From assembly GCA_045654505.1 (NCBI GenBank), contig JAZONM010000005.1:37491-101490 (forward strand): a DNA stretch of 64,000 bases, in the 5' to 3' direction. Source of the stretch: Clostridia bacterium. GTDB taxonomy: Bacteria > Bacillota > Clostridia > Christensenellales > UBA1242. The notes beneath the pieces were generated by a model. It ran no database searches. It was not told the DNA's origin and worked only from the letters and a program-made list of their open reading frames with translations. The position numbers were made by a program, and so were the translations under genes. Every line of letters begins with the position of its first letter. The stretch's first letter is position 1. Positions 25,496 to 38,200 of the stretch are shown piece after piece.

Positions 25496-28171
25496 TTGAG
25501 GAAGATGAAACAAAAAACAGCAAAAATTCTTAATAGTTTTGTTTTGTTTTTAGTGGGAATATTTTTATTCACTGCTTGTAGTTTTGGCGCCTCGCTGACC
25601 TTGCGAGCTCCTGTTGTTATACATGAGCCCAATTTAACAAAAATAAGTTGGGAACAAAATGAAAAAGCGACTCGTTTTGATGTCTATATCAATAATGAAG
25701 TAGTGAAAAGTATAGACCAAGATGATAATGTAAATTTGTATACATTTAATTACTCGTCATATGTGTTAGAAGATGGTAATTATAAGATAAAAGTAAAGGC
25801 CATTGGAGATGGCGAAAAATACAAAGATAGCCGTTTTAGCAATTCTGTAGTAATATACGTCGGAGAAAACATTACCGGTGGATATGATACTTCTGGTCTT
25901 TCTATTGTGAGAGATTCGGATTATGCTCCTATCAATATAGAATATATATCAGATGGGGAAAGTATCAGATGGGATAATGTAGAAAAAAATGGCGATACTC
26001 CTGAGAAATATATTGTTCAGATTTACTGCAACAATTATACCGATGAGGGTGACAATAGAGATAAAATTCGTTCTTTCTATGTTTCGCAAAACTATTTCGT
26101 AATTTCGGATTATCTTAAAGGAAATGAAATACTTGCAATAAGCATAGGAAGTAAATACACGCAAGACGAAAACATATATGTAGGCGATGTGTTCTATTAC
26201 AATCCGCTAAACATGGGTGAATACTCCTCAATATATGTTTTTGATGGCGGAGTATATGATTATTATATAGAGGATTATGAAGAATTACAAAATCTATATT
26301 ACTACGCTTATATTACTCGTGATACAGAAGTAGAATTTTTGGTTTCGGATACTTTTTATCAAAACCATACTGAAGATTACTTTAATATGAATCAGTACAC
26401 ATATGGTGAGTATAGACCATATATTCATCAAAAATATATTAGCGGACTTGACGATAGTTATGACAAGTGGGCTTATTACGAAACATATGATTTTTCGATG
26501 GCTCCATATTTACAAGTTTCTAGCGAAGTAAATGCAAATGGAAAAATACTTACATTAAGGGCTGGTTATAAATATCCCGAAATAATGCTTTCTTATGACG
26601 GAAACAAATACACTGGTCTTAGTGAAAAGGTATTGTCGCAAGCAAATCTTGAGACACCTTATTACGAAAAAGTAGACTATACTTCGCGTGCAGAAGATTA
26701 TGATAATTTTCCAAGTGATAAAAATGTTGTTACGACTTACTGCAATTCCAGCGAAGAATTATACTGGGCTGTAGAAAACAATGTTACTCCTTTATTTAAT
26801 AGTACAAATTCGCGTGCATACCTTATATATGACGAGGCAAAAAAAGTCCTTAAGGACGTCATTTCTGATGAAATGAATGAGTATGAAAAAGTCCTTAGTA
26901 TATTTGATTGGATTGCTACTAATACTTGTTATGATAATGATGGATATGCGAAAGGTGTTTCGACCAATAATCCATGTTATTATCTTGAAGGTGTTTTCCT
27001 TGACAGTAATAGAGTGGCGGTATGTGATGGATTTAGTAAAGCGTTCTCTCTTCTTTGTAATATGGAGGGAATCGACTGTTATCGCGTAATGGGCTTGGCT
27101 GGAGCTTCTGTATCAAAAGGTGGTCATGCTTGGAATAAAGTTGCTGTAAATGGCAAGTGGTATTTAGTGGACATAACTTGGACTGAAATAAAGCAATCTG
27201 AGGCATTGAAAAATGGAGAAGATTTTGTTTATGAAGTGGATTTTGATGGTTTTTATGGATACTACAAACAACCACAATTAGTGCAAACCGAGGAATATAA
27301 TTGCCATAGTTATTTCTTGGTTAGTGATGCCTATGTTTCAAATTCGCACGTGGCATTTCCTGGAAGGGATAAAATAAGTGATGAAAATTTGCCTGCAAAT
27401 AGCATGTATGGTTATTATATTAGCACTGCCTTCATATACGATGGTGCACCATATTCGCGTGTAATTGATAGACAAAGTGATATGGAAGCAATACTCAATT
27501 ATATCTATCAAAACAATATCAAAAACTTTGAAGTTGTGTTTGATTATGATTATATCAATAGTTGGGGATTTGATTTCTCAAGCGCAATCCAAGATGGACG
27601 TGGAAACAATCTATTTATGGGTGTCTCCGTAGAGGGTTATTTAAATTCGATTATAGACAAATTGTATCCATTGGACAATGAGGAAATTATTGAGTATAAA
27701 GAAAAAGAATACAAATGCAGATATGAGAAAAAACATGGCAAATCATCAATAAAACCTATATATTATACAGAAAATAATGTAGGTTATGTGCTGTATTTAT
27801 CATGTGAGACAAATGTAATAAATGTGACTGAAGAAAATCTTGATGATGATAATCGATACAGTCAATTTATTAAGTATATTGTAGACAATGAACTTGAATT
27901 TGATGGTCCAATATCCTTTGAAGATGCTTTCCTTAGTGATGTATTAAAAATTGATTTGAGCACTGCGACTTCTGAAGAAATATCAGTAGCATTGTCCAAC
28001 TATCTAATATCAGATATAAATGAATATGCAAATGATTCCAAATACAAGATAACTAAATTTACTTTTGATAAGACTGAAAATGTGTCCAGTGCAGTATTTA
28101 ATGGAAGTGTATTTGAGGATAAAGAATACGTGGCTTATGTATTTAATATAGACATAAAATTTGATATTTAA
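25496..28171 (+). CDS. Large lipoprotein with Fn3-like N-terminal modules and a transglutaminase-like (Cys-His-Asp) core
   Basis: Signal plus lipobox-like LFTAC. AVCDGFSKAF (Cys codon 27023-27025), GGHAWNKV (His 27125-27127), LVDITW (Asp 27170-27172) in Transglut_core spacing. Start may be ATG 25505. Confidence 0.7.
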   Translation: MRKMKQKTAKILNSFVLFLVGIFLFTACSFGASLTLRAPVVIHEPNLTKISWEQNEKATRFDVYINNEVVKSIDQDDNVNLYTFNYSSYVLEDGNYKIKVKAIGDGEKYKDSRFSNSVVIYVGENITGGYDTSGLSIVRDSDYAPINIEYISDGESIRWDNVEKNGDTPEKYIVQIYCNNYTDEGDNRDKIRSFYVSQNYFVISDYLKGNEILAISIGSKYTQDENIYVGDVFYYNPLNMGEYSSIYVFDGGVYDYYIEDYEELQNLYYYAYITRDTEVEFLVSDTFYQNHTEDYFNMNQYTYGEYRPYIHQKYISGLDDSYDKWAYYETYDFSMAPYLQVSSEVNANGKILTLRAGYKYPEIMLSYDGNKYTGLSEKVLSQANLETPYYEKVDYTSRAEDYDNFPSDKNVVTTYCNSSEELYWAVENNVTPLFNSTNSRAYLIYDEAKKVLKDVISDEMNEYEKVLSIFDWIATNTCYDNDGYAKGVSTNNPCYYLEGVFLDSNRVAVCDGFSKAFSLLCNMEGIDCYRVMGLAGASVSKGGHAWNKVAVNGKWYLVDITWTEIKQSEALKNGEDFVYEVDFDGFYGYYKQPQLVQTEEYNCHSYFLVSDAYVSNSHVAFPGRDKISDENLPANSMYGYYISTAFIYDGAPYSRVIDRQSDMEAILNYIYQNNIKNFEVVFDYDYINSWGFDFSSAIQDGRGNNLFMGVSVEGYLNSIIDKLYPLDNEEIIEYKEKEYKCRYEKKHGKSSIKPIYYTENNVGYVLYLSCETNVINVTEENLDDDNRYSQFIKYIVDNELEFDGPISFEDAFLSDVLKIDLSTATSEEISVALSNYLISDINEYANDSKYKITKFTFDKTENVSSAVFNGSVFEDKEYVAYVFNIDIKFDI

Positions 28172-28250
28172 CAGGATTCTTTAGTTTGTTTTATTGTGGG
28201 TTTATAACAAAATTCACACTCTTACAGACAATCGAATACGGCTTTTTGAC

Positions 28251-28279
28251 AAAAAGACAGAATTTATCTGTCTTTTTTG
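28251..28279 (+). terminator. Rho-independent terminator
   Basis: aaaaagacaga attta tctgtcttttttg. Confidence 0.7.
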
Positions 28280-28389
28280 TTTTTTAAAAATGTTGTATGG
28301 GATTGTGAAATTCTTATGTTTAGATGCTCTTATTTTTAATATCTAATTTTATGTATTTTGTATATTAAATTACACAAAATATTTAAAAA

Positions 28390-29841
28390 ATGGTGAAAAA
28401 TATGAGAAATTTAGAAATGGAATTAGATAAAAATATTGGTCATATAAGTCGAGCATTTGAGGGTGTGAATGAATTGGTAAAGAAAGAAATAAAAGTGGGA
28501 AACAAGACACTTGTTCTTTTTTATATGCTTGGAATGAGTGATGCGCAAATGATTGCGGATTTTATTATAAAACCTTGTGTGATGTATGATGGGGTAGATG
28601 TGGGACCTGATCAATTTTTGAAAAGCGTTTTGTTTTGGGGTGAGATTGAGAAGTCTGGCGATATTGATGAGGGCATAGAAAAACTAGCTCATGGACATAG
28701 TCTTTTATTTTTTCCAGATGCAAAAGAATTTTTATATATGGCGACGGATAAGACTAAGGAAAGGGCGTTGAGCGAACCTCCGACAAGTTCGGTATTACAA
28801 GGGCCGCGTCAGGGTTTTGTTGAGAATATAAAGACTAATATTGGGCTAATTAAAAAGATACTTGCTACTCCTAGTCTAAAATCTGAAAACCTAAGCGTAG
28901 GTCGCTATACAAAGACGAGTGTGGCTATCATGTATCTTGATGGAATTTGTGATAGAAAACTTGTTGACAAGGTAAAAAAGAGGATAAAAGAGATTGATAT
29001 TGACGGTATTATAGATTCTTTTTATGTTAGTTCTTTTTTGGAAGAACACCCTGAATCTTTTTTCAAGCAGATTGGTAATGCTGAAAAACCTGATATTGTG
29101 TGTGCAAAATTGCTTGAGGGTAGGCTGGCAATAATTGTCGATGGCTCTCCTATGGTTTTGACTTTGCCTTATATGTTGTTTGAAGATTTTCAGAAAAGCG
29201 GTGATTACTACAATTCTAGTCTCAGGGCCACTATGCTTAGGTGGTTGAGATTGTTTAGTCTTGTTATTACTGTTGCTCTGCCGGGTATGTATGTTGCTAT
29301 TCAATTGTATCATTATAAGGTCTTTCCGTTGACGTTTTTGATTACGATAGTCAATTCTACCCAGGGGATACCATTGTCGCCTTTTGCTGAGATATTGTTT
29401 GTGCTGATACTATTTGAAATATTGTACGAGGCGAGTCTAAGAATGCCTAAATATCTTGGAATGGCGATGTCAATCGTGGGGGCATTGATATTGGGTGATA
29501 CGGCTGTACAGGCGGGGATAATATCTCCTCCAGCTGTAATGATTGTAGCGCTTAGTGGTATTACATTGTATACATTGCCCGAGCAAGCGAGTGTATTAAG
29601 TCTTTTAAGGCTTGCTTATACTCTTGCCGGTGGAATATTAGGTTTTTACGGGATAATCATTTTTACTCTGTATTTTATTGTCTATTTTAATGATTTTGAT
29701 AATTATGGTGTGCCGTATCTTTCGCCATTTGCGCCAAAGGTGAAAAGTGACTATAAAGACGCTATGATAAAAGCAAATATATTGGACATGAAAACACGCC
29801 CTGAAAGTATTAAAAATAAAAATAAAAGGAGGCAGAAATAA
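28390..29841 (+). CDS. Spore germination protein, GerA (A-subunit) family
   Basis: 483 aa. GPRQGFVENI, KLLEGRLAIIVDGSPMVLTLPYMLFEDFQ, and a C-terminal TM bundle, typical of GerAA/KA. Confidence 0.85.
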   Translation: MVKNMRNLEMELDKNIGHISRAFEGVNELVKKEIKVGNKTLVLFYMLGMSDAQMIADFIIKPCVMYDGVDVGPDQFLKSVLFWGEIEKSGDIDEGIEKLAHGHSLLFFPDAKEFLYMATDKTKERALSEPPTSSVLQGPRQGFVENIKTNIGLIKKILATPSLKSENLSVGRYTKTSVAIMYLDGICDRKLVDKVKKRIKEIDIDGIIDSFYVSSFLEEHPESFFKQIGNAEKPDIVCAKLLEGRLAIIVDGSPMVLTLPYMLFEDFQKSGDYYNSSLRATMLRWLRLFSLVITVALPGMYVAIQLYHYKVFPLTFLITIVNSTQGIPLSPFAEILFVLILFEILYEASLRMPKYLGMAMSIVGALILGDTAVQAGIISPPAVMIVALSGITLYTLPEQASVLSLLRLAYTLAGGILGFYGIIIFTLYFIVYFNDFDNYGVPYLSPFAPKVKSDYKDAMIKANILDMKTRPESIKNKNKRRQK

Positions 29842-30980
29842 TGTACAAGGTGACTGACAGACAAGTGGGTATTGCGATGTTTATAACAATACTTTCACTA
29901 AAATTGATTATTTATCCAGCGCTTGTGGCTCGCTTTGCTCAAAACGACTCATATATAAGTGTAATCTTGTCCATTCTAATAGATTTTATTTTTGTGGTTT
30001 TGACAATATCGATAATAAAAAAACACCCTAACAAAAACTTAAAAGAGATACTTGATGAAGGATTTGGTAAAATTTTAAGCAAAATATGTTTGTTTTTATT
30101 GTTGATTTATTTCTTGTGCAAAAGTGTTTTTGCGGTGAAGGAATGTCATGATTTTTTCTTTGTATTGTTATATGATGATTTGGACTGGCTTTACTTTTTT
30201 ATACCGATATTAGCTCTGGCGTGGTTTGTGATGAGAAAGGGTTTAAAGGCTTTTTCTAGGACGATAGAAGTGTGCTGGATTTTGATATTGTTTGGACTTA
30301 TTACTGCCGTGTTTATGTCATTAAATATGGTATCTTCTGACAATTTATTACCATTTTTAGACAATGGGTTAATGCCGATATTTGATGCGACTTTGCGCAC
30401 CAACTTCTGTTTTGGTGACTACTTTATACTTCTTTTGTTTGCTGGAAAAATAAATTTTGAAAATAAGTCTGTAAAGAAAATTTATGGTTATATCGGACTT
30501 GCTTATTTTATTGTAATTGCATTCCACATAATATTCATGGGTGTCTTTGGTAAGTCAAGTGTAATACAGACACTTGCGGTCAGTGATGTATCTTTACAGT
30601 CGCAGGTCCCTCTTACGAATGGTAGGCTCGAATGGCTTAATATTATGATTTGGACAATAACTTTAATTTTGCAGTTTTTATTGGTTATGATGTGCAGCAA
30701 ACTTTGTTTTGAGTACCTTATACCTATAAAGAAAGAAAATATCTCAATTGCTATTATTGAGGTAATTGTAATTATCGGTGCTTATGTATTGTACTTTAGT
30801 TTTGCAAAAGCGATTAGGATAATTCTGACGCCTTACTTTTATCTCACTTCACTAGCTATACAGGTGCTTGTTCCAATTTTTATTTGGATTGCGTCAAAGC
30901 GAGTGTCTAGAAAAGGTGGGAAAGGCGGTCAAACGATAAAGGAGAAAGAATATGAAAAAACTTGCGAAAGCACTCTCTAA
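29841..30980 (+). CDS. Spore germination protein, GerB (permease-like B-subunit) family
   Basis: 379 aa with ~10 TM. ATG overlaps the stop of the A-subunit gene. RBS aaaaggagg. Confidence 0.8.
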   Translation: MYKVTDRQVGIAMFITILSLKLIIYPALVARFAQNDSYISVILSILIDFIFVVLTISIIKKHPNKNLKEILDEGFGKILSKICLFLLLIYFLCKSVFAVKECHDFFFVLLYDDLDWLYFFIPILALAWFVMRKGLKAFSRTIEVCWILILFGLITAVFMSLNMVSSDNLLPFLDNGLMPIFDATLRTNFCFGDYFILLLFAGKINFENKSVKKIYGYIGLAYFIVIAFHIIFMGVFGKSSVIQTLAVSDVSLQSQVPLTNGRLEWLNIMIWTITLILQFLLVMMCSKLCFEYLIPIKKENISIAIIEVIVIIGAYVLYFSFAKAIRIILTPYFYLTSLAIQVLVPIFIWIASKRVSRKGGKGGQTIKEKEYEKTCESTL

Positions 30981-32187
30981 AAAGGGTACATTGATATTTT
31001 TTCTTGTAGTTTTGTTTGTGTTTTTGCCTACTGCTTTTAATAAAGAATCGCAGACAGATGTTAGGGCTATTATGACAGCTATTGGTATTGATAAGAGTAA
31101 TGATGAGTATGAGGTTAGTTGTCTTATGGTTATCCCCACGACTGGTACTGACCCGAATAGTGGGATACAATTGGTTTCCGCAAAAGGTGAGACTGTAAGT
31201 CAGGCGGTCAATCAATTAAGTCGAGACCTTGGAAAAGAAATTGGTTTTGCTCACTGCGACATAATTATAATGAATGATGAAGCCATAGAGGAAAATATCA
31301 CAAAAACACTCGACTACTTTATACGCGGGTACAATATAACTAAGAAAGCATATGTTGTTAATTGTCCAGAAGGTGCAAAAGAGATGCTGAAAACAACCCT
31401 TAAAGAGAAAAGTCTTCCTACACTCCTTCTTGCAAATCTTGTAAATCGTGAGGACAATGCGGTTATGGGAGTGGGAAGTGATGTCGACTTGATATACCGA
31501 AACTATTTTGAAAAAAGCGGGGTCAATTATTTAAATGTATTTGAGCTTAAAAAAGATGATTCGGAGTCAGGTGGTGATTTGCAAAACTCAGGTGAAAATG
31601 GTGGAAGTTCGTCTTCAATGGGAGGACAAGAAGAACAGAAAAAACTCACCAGCAACAATAAACTTGTTTTCTTGAAAAATGGCGTCAAATCGTGTGAAAT
31701 AGAGCAGGATGAGGGTACGTTATATTCGATTTATAAAGGGCAAATTGACCGAGGTTATCTTTATCTCGAAGATGTAGAAGAGAAGGAGAAAAGTCACGCA
31801 AAAGTAGGTGTAGATTTAGTCAAAATCAAGAGAAAAAACAAGTATGTCTTTGAAGACGGAAAACCCACTATAAAGTGTAAAATCACTTTGGTGGTGGCAC
31901 TTCACGAAATTTCGGACGAGGAATTGGATGAGACACAAGTGGATAATAGTCGTACACATATTGGCGAAGGTGTCAAAGAGGCGATAAGAGAAAAACTAAC
32001 TGAGAGTGCCAACAAAATTTTGGAAAAATCGGTGGAGCACAATACTGACATATATGAGTTTTATAATAAATTTTACAAACACAACAATAAAAAGTGGAAA
32101 GAGTATTTTGAGGGGCCGGAAAACAAAGAGGATTATCTAAATGACTGTCAAATAAAGCTTGAAATAACCATTAAAGACAAATTCTAA
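30952..32187 (+). CDS. Spore germination protein, GerC family (no lipobox cysteine)
   Basis: VRAIMTAIGIDKS start of the GerC fold and a C-terminal Spore_GerAC-like region. RBS aaaggag. Overlaps the gerB-like gene by 29 nt. Confidence 0.75.
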   Translation: MKKLAKALSKKGTLIFFLVVLFVFLPTAFNKESQTDVRAIMTAIGIDKSNDEYEVSCLMVIPTTGTDPNSGIQLVSAKGETVSQAVNQLSRDLGKEIGFAHCDIIIMNDEAIEENITKTLDYFIRGYNITKKAYVVNCPEGAKEMLKTTLKEKSLPTLLLANLVNREDNAVMGVGSDVDLIYRNYFEKSGVNYLNVFELKKDDSESGGDLQNSGENGGSSSSMGGQEEQKKLTSNNKLVFLKNGVKSCEIEQDEGTLYSIYKGQIDRGYLYLEDVEEKEKSHAKVGVDLVKIKRKNKYVFEDGKPTIKCKITLVVALHEISDEELDETQVDNSRTHIGEGVKEAIREKLTESANKILEKSVEHNTDIYEFYNKFYKHNNKKWKEYFEGPENKEDYLNDCQIKLEITIKDKF

Positions 32188-32291
32188 AATGTACAGAAAA
32201 AGTATTTTACTATAAAATAGTAAACATAGTGTATTTAATTTGACAATTTTCGCGGTATTATATATATTTATATATATAATCGGAGGAAACC

Positions 32292-35200
32292 ATGAGTAAG
32301 CGTAGAAAATTAATAATCAATATCATACTAATTTCCATTTTGATACTACTAGCCCTAGTATCTACTTTGTTGTACATCAATCTGTATCCAAGAGTATCGG
32401 TGCACCTAATCAGTGACAACGAACTTTTAGACACCATTCAAATCAAGAAAAACTCCAGCATTCCGGCATTAAAGTCGCCAGAAAAAGAGGGTTATACATT
32501 TGAAGGTTGGTATAATGACCAAGATTACACCTCACCTTTTGTGTATGGTGAAAGTCTTAGTGATGACATAGAGTTGTACGCAAAATTCACTGCCATTGAT
32601 TATACGCTTACTTTCAATTATGGTGAAATCAGTAATATTTATCCTTCGGCTATTTATCATTTCTACGACGCAGTTGCACTTCCTGATGGTACCGAGACAA
32701 TTCTTATTCAAGGAGAAGAGACCACACTTGCCACTTTAAAACAAGGTTATAAATTTGCTGGTTGGGCTCCTACTAAGAATTCGACTGTTGCTACTTATGG
32801 TAAAGGCACTACTTTCCTTATGCCTTCATCAAATGTTAATTTGTATGCGGTTTGGGAGCCTATCGCTTATTCTGTAAAATACTATATCCAAGATCTTAAT
32901 CAAGTAGATGCGGTACGAGACGTCGATGCCGATGGTTTTGTAGCATATAATGCAAATAGTCATGTAAAATATGGGGAAATCGAGTACAAATACAATACTA
33001 AAGTTGTGGCGCCAGATGCTCCTAAAAATGAGCAAGGGTATTATCAATTTGTAGGTTGGTATGAAGATCCACAATTTACAAAGCCTATCAATTTCAACCA
33101 AACATATATGGGTCTAAACCAACTTTCAAATATCAATCTTGTACCTATTTATGATACAGACAATGAAGACCAAATCTGCCTATATGGTAAATGGCAAGTT
33201 GTTAGATTTAATATTGCATTCTGCCTAAATGGATCATCTCGTGTGGGCACTAAATATGTTGTTAAAGACAGTAGCGTAATGCAAACAGACGAAAATGGTT
33301 CGTATACAAATTCAGACTTCTTCAAATATAAAGAAGACGTGTATTTCGGACTTCCACTTTCTTATCTAGATGGCGGAATCTATTCCAATGCTCTTTTAGA
33401 TGGACAAGTATATTATAGTTATGGAACACTAAGAGATACTGTTTCGCATAAATTTGTAGGCTGGTTTACAGCAAGAAATGCGAGCGAAGGTACTCAATAT
33501 AAAAATGACACTCAATTCAATCCTGAGGACTTCCCAGAGTACTATACAAATAGAGACGAAGGTTTCTCTTTCTTGGAGCCAGGTATCCGCACATACGTGC
33601 TTTATGCTGCTTGGGAAGAATTTTTACATATCGAATATAGTTATAATGGTTCTATCCTTGACCGTCAACAAGTAGAAAATGGTAAAACTGGCCAACTTAA
33701 TGACCCTGCAAAAATGGCAAATGTAAAGAAATCAGGTTATCACTTCATTGGTTGGAGCAAAACAGCTGACGCTCTAAATACTGGTGCTACTATTTATAAA
33801 TTGGGTCAAAACTACAAATTTACTACTGAGGCAAGTGAGAGTGAAGATGAAAACTGTCTATTCTTCTCGGTAGGAAATAGAAAAACAACCTTGTATCCAA
33901 TTTTCAAACCTAACAATTATGAAATCAAATATGATTTTTCTATCAATACACTTGGTAGTGATGGAAAACTTAATGTAATTAAAGACACTCAGCCAAACAA
34001 TGTAGTATTCAGCGACTACATGAAAGAAAAATTGGCGGAGACATACATTATTCGTTATAACACAACTGTAAATGGTAGACTTGAGTCGCATACAGTATTA
34101 AATAGTATCGATACAAATGGCAATTCTAATGCTACTTATAAAGATACAAGTGGTGAAACTTACTTATTGTTGAGTTGGGCAGTAGTAGACGAAGACAATA
34201 ATGTAGTAGCTACATATGCTGGAAACAATGAAATTTATGCAAACAGCACAAATAGCGTAATTTATAAATACAGCAAAGAGAAATCGACTGGAAATTATGA
34301 GTTTGTAATTAAAGCTATTTGGACTACACAAATGACAATTACTTTCGATAAAGGTTGGGACGATGTAGAGGGAGAAGTGCCAGCATCAATCACAGGCATG
34401 ACTGGTGCTACAATAAAACTTCCTACCACTCCAAGTTTGACAAGGCCTTATCATGTATTTAGAGGTTGGGTTGTTGATGCAGAGAGAATAGATGAAAATG
34501 GAAAGGAAAATTATAATCCTGCCAATGTGTATCTTTCAAACAATTCTTATTCATTCAGTGAAAACACAACACTTTATGCTCTTTGGGAGCCAATTGAATA
34601 CAAACTTGTAATCCGAAACACTACAGTAAACGGAAATGAAGGTGCGCAAATTGCCTCCATTTCTATTGGTGCAGGTGTTTATAAAAACATTGTAGCTCAA
34701 GTTACGCTTGGTGAAAATATTGTGATTGGTGATGGTGCTACCGCCACTGTAATCCCTCTATCTTCCCCTCAAGCAGGCTATTCATTGACAGGTTTTTCGA
34801 TTGTGGCTGGCGGTGATGTTGTGTTTGCAAATGGCGAAGTAATCACAATTCTTTCTGAAGCTAATAAAGAAAACATCTTTAATCCATATCCAGCAAGCAA
34901 TGCAAAAACTTTTGTTATCTATGCAAAATATGAAATAAAGAGTTATGACATTGAGATTGACAGAGACGGAGATGGTACTTACGAAACAAAAGAAGAAGAT
35001 GTTAGACATGGTTCGCTTCTTCGTGACAATATGCCAAATCCATCTCTTGCTGAGGGCTATGAAATAGCTTATTGGGAAGTAGATAATGGTGTAGAAATCG
35101 TAAAAATCGAAAATATGAATGCAAGCGATTTTAAGGTTACTTCTGATCTTAAAGTAAAACTTTACACTAAAATTCAAACCTTTACTGTTTTGATCCAACA

Positions 35201-38200
35201 AACTGATCCTGTAAGTGGAAATATAGTAAGTGAAATCAAGAAAGAAGGGGTGGAGTATAATACCACTCTTCAATTAGATCCTACTGACGATGATTATATT
35301 ACATATTTTGGATACATCTTTGATGGCTGGTATTTAGGTGAAACTAAAGTTGAGCTTGCTACACAGGTCATAACTTCAAACGCAACATACAAGACAAAAT
35401 ATGTTGCAGACAAAGTGCGCTTTGTATATCACGCAAATAAAGATGTTGACGACACAACAACAATGAACAGTAGTGCATTTGACTACGGTACAGAGTTTAC
35501 TCTTCCTACACAAGTTTTGTTGGGAAGTGGATTTACAAAATCGGGTTATGTTTTAAGCGGTTGGACTCTTGACGCTGACAATACTGAATTTGTAGGTGCT
35601 ACTAATACAATCGTAAAAGTTTCTAATGACAAATTTGACGAGAGTCTATTCGTGACAGAGTTTGGTCAAACAGGTTATGTTATTCACATTTATGCTCAAT
35701 ACTCTAGACAATTTACTGTATCATTTGAGTTCCCTGATACCGTAACTGCATCTGGAAATACAAGCATTGTGGAAAAATATATTGCTGGTAGTGAAATAAA
35801 TGTTGCTAGTTTTATAAAAAACAATAGCATATCCATTACTCCTGATGCAGGTTATGTATTCAATAATGACTGGTATGTAAAAGGATTTGAAGACGTTTTG
35901 TACAGCGAGTATGAAGTAAATGTTATTGTTGTTAATGACAATATTGTTCTTATGCCATTTGTAGAGACAATCAAATACACAGCAGTATTTAATTACAAAT
36001 ATCCAAGTCAATCTACATACACAACTCTTGAAGACTACACTCAAGAAAATATTGAGATTGACAATGAAGACACAAAAATCAATCTACCATCTGCTGAGAT
36101 GCTTAAGGATATATTGAAGAATGGTGGCACTACATATCGTGCACTTTCTTGGTATCTTCAAGGTGCAGGCGGAACATATGATTTGGGTCAATCTATCACT
36201 CTTACAAGTGATATGATACTTGCCGGAAACACAATAATCGAATTCACATTAAATTTAAGTACTGAGAAGACAGTTCGTTATAATCCAGATGATCCTGACC
36301 TATCATCTGTCGACATTAAAGTTGTTGAGAATGAAACTATATATGTAGGTTATAAAGGTGAAGTAAAAGCCGAAAATCTTATTACATTCACTCGTGAAGG
36401 ATACAATCTTGTATGCTGGATGGCTGGTGATACTGAGTATGCTATCGGTGACGAATTGGTAGTAGGAAAAGATATCGTAGTCGAAGAAGGTAGACCATTT
36501 GTATTCAAAGCTACTTGGGAGAAAAAACAAACAAATATTATTTACAATTCAAATTACCCAGTGGGTGAATTGACTAATATTACCGAGAGCACAACAGTAG
36601 GCTGGGGCACAAACTATTCGGTAGAAAGTAAAAACTGGGATTGCGAAACAGCAGAGTATTTGTATGTAATATCTGCATGGAACACTGAGAGCAATGGAAA
36701 TGGTACTACATACAATGTAGGCGAAACAATAAAAATCACCTTAGAAATGGAAGGCGATTTCAATCTTTACGCTGTGTGGACACGTGCATATAGAGTAATA
36801 TATAAAGATGGTGCAAATCAAGAAAACGGCACAGAAAATATTCTTGTAGGTGAAGAATATACATTTGTAAAAACAACAGATGTTTCATTTACAAAAGAAG
36901 GTCATTATATTGCAAAATGGGCTTACGCAGGCAATGAGTACGAACCATCTACAGACCTTAATCCAAGCAAAGCGATTGTTTTGACAAGGGAAGTACCTGG
37001 CAAAATAGTAGTATTTGAAGCGGTTTGGGCAGCAGACGAATTGACTATTACATTCGTATATACAAATGCTGACGGCACTGAGTACAGTCGTACTACTTAT
37101 GATACAAGTTATGGTGCTACATATTCACATGACTTTGATATGGACAGAGAAACTCTTACATATGATGGTCACAATTATAAATTTGTAGCTTTTGTAGACG
37201 ATAGAGGAAATCAATATACTAGAAATATTGCAAATAAAATTGTTGTTGAGCAAATTACTTACTCAATGACTCTTACTTCGCTTTATCAAAAAGAAGTAAC
37301 CCTTACTTATGTATACGCATCTGATTCAAAAGTTTTGACTTTTGCTGCAGGAACTGTAATCGGCAATGAAGAAAATCCATTCCTTGTGTTTACTGACCAA
37401 GAAATGTCTGACAATGGTGAAGGCAATGCAAAACATATAGGTTGGACTGACGACGCCAATAATTATACCTTTATCTCAAATGCTAGTGAGAGCGGTTATA
37501 ATTATGTGAGACAAAACTCATTTGCAACTACATTCACTCTAAATAATAGTGTTGTTTTGAATATTTTAAAACTTGACAAGTATGAATTATTGATTTATGA
37601 CGATATAAGTTACAATAATACTGAAAGTAAAGTTGAGTTTAGCAATAGTGATTCTGCCATAACTTTGGTTGAGGGTGACACTTATACATATAATTATAAC
37701 AATTCTGATTACAAAGGATTTGTAATTGGTGGAAGTGTATTTAGTTATGATCCAAACACTGAAAAAGATTTGGATGCGAGTGACACATTTACGCTTAATG
37801 GTACTCTTGCAAATACATATTCGAGCGATAAGAAAATATATTTGTATCCTCTACAATATATTGATGTTACTTTTGTAGGTTTGAATGGTGCAGAAAGCAC
37901 TAAGACAATTTTGGCAGGAACAAGTACTTCTCCTGATGATGTAGCAAGCGGTGACGAAAAATCATATTTTTCACACTGGGTAATTGACGCAACAGGGGAA
38001 ACAATTGACTTCGAAAATGATACTCCAATATTCTGGGAAGATACCAAAGTAATTGCTGTATACAAAAACTTCTTCTCTGTACAATATCTTGATAGCGATA
38101 TTGCAAATAGAGATGCTTTAAACAATACAAAACTTAAAGACACTGATAAAATTAAACTTGCTAAAGTCAATAATACAGTAGTCGTAAATGGCAGTACCGT

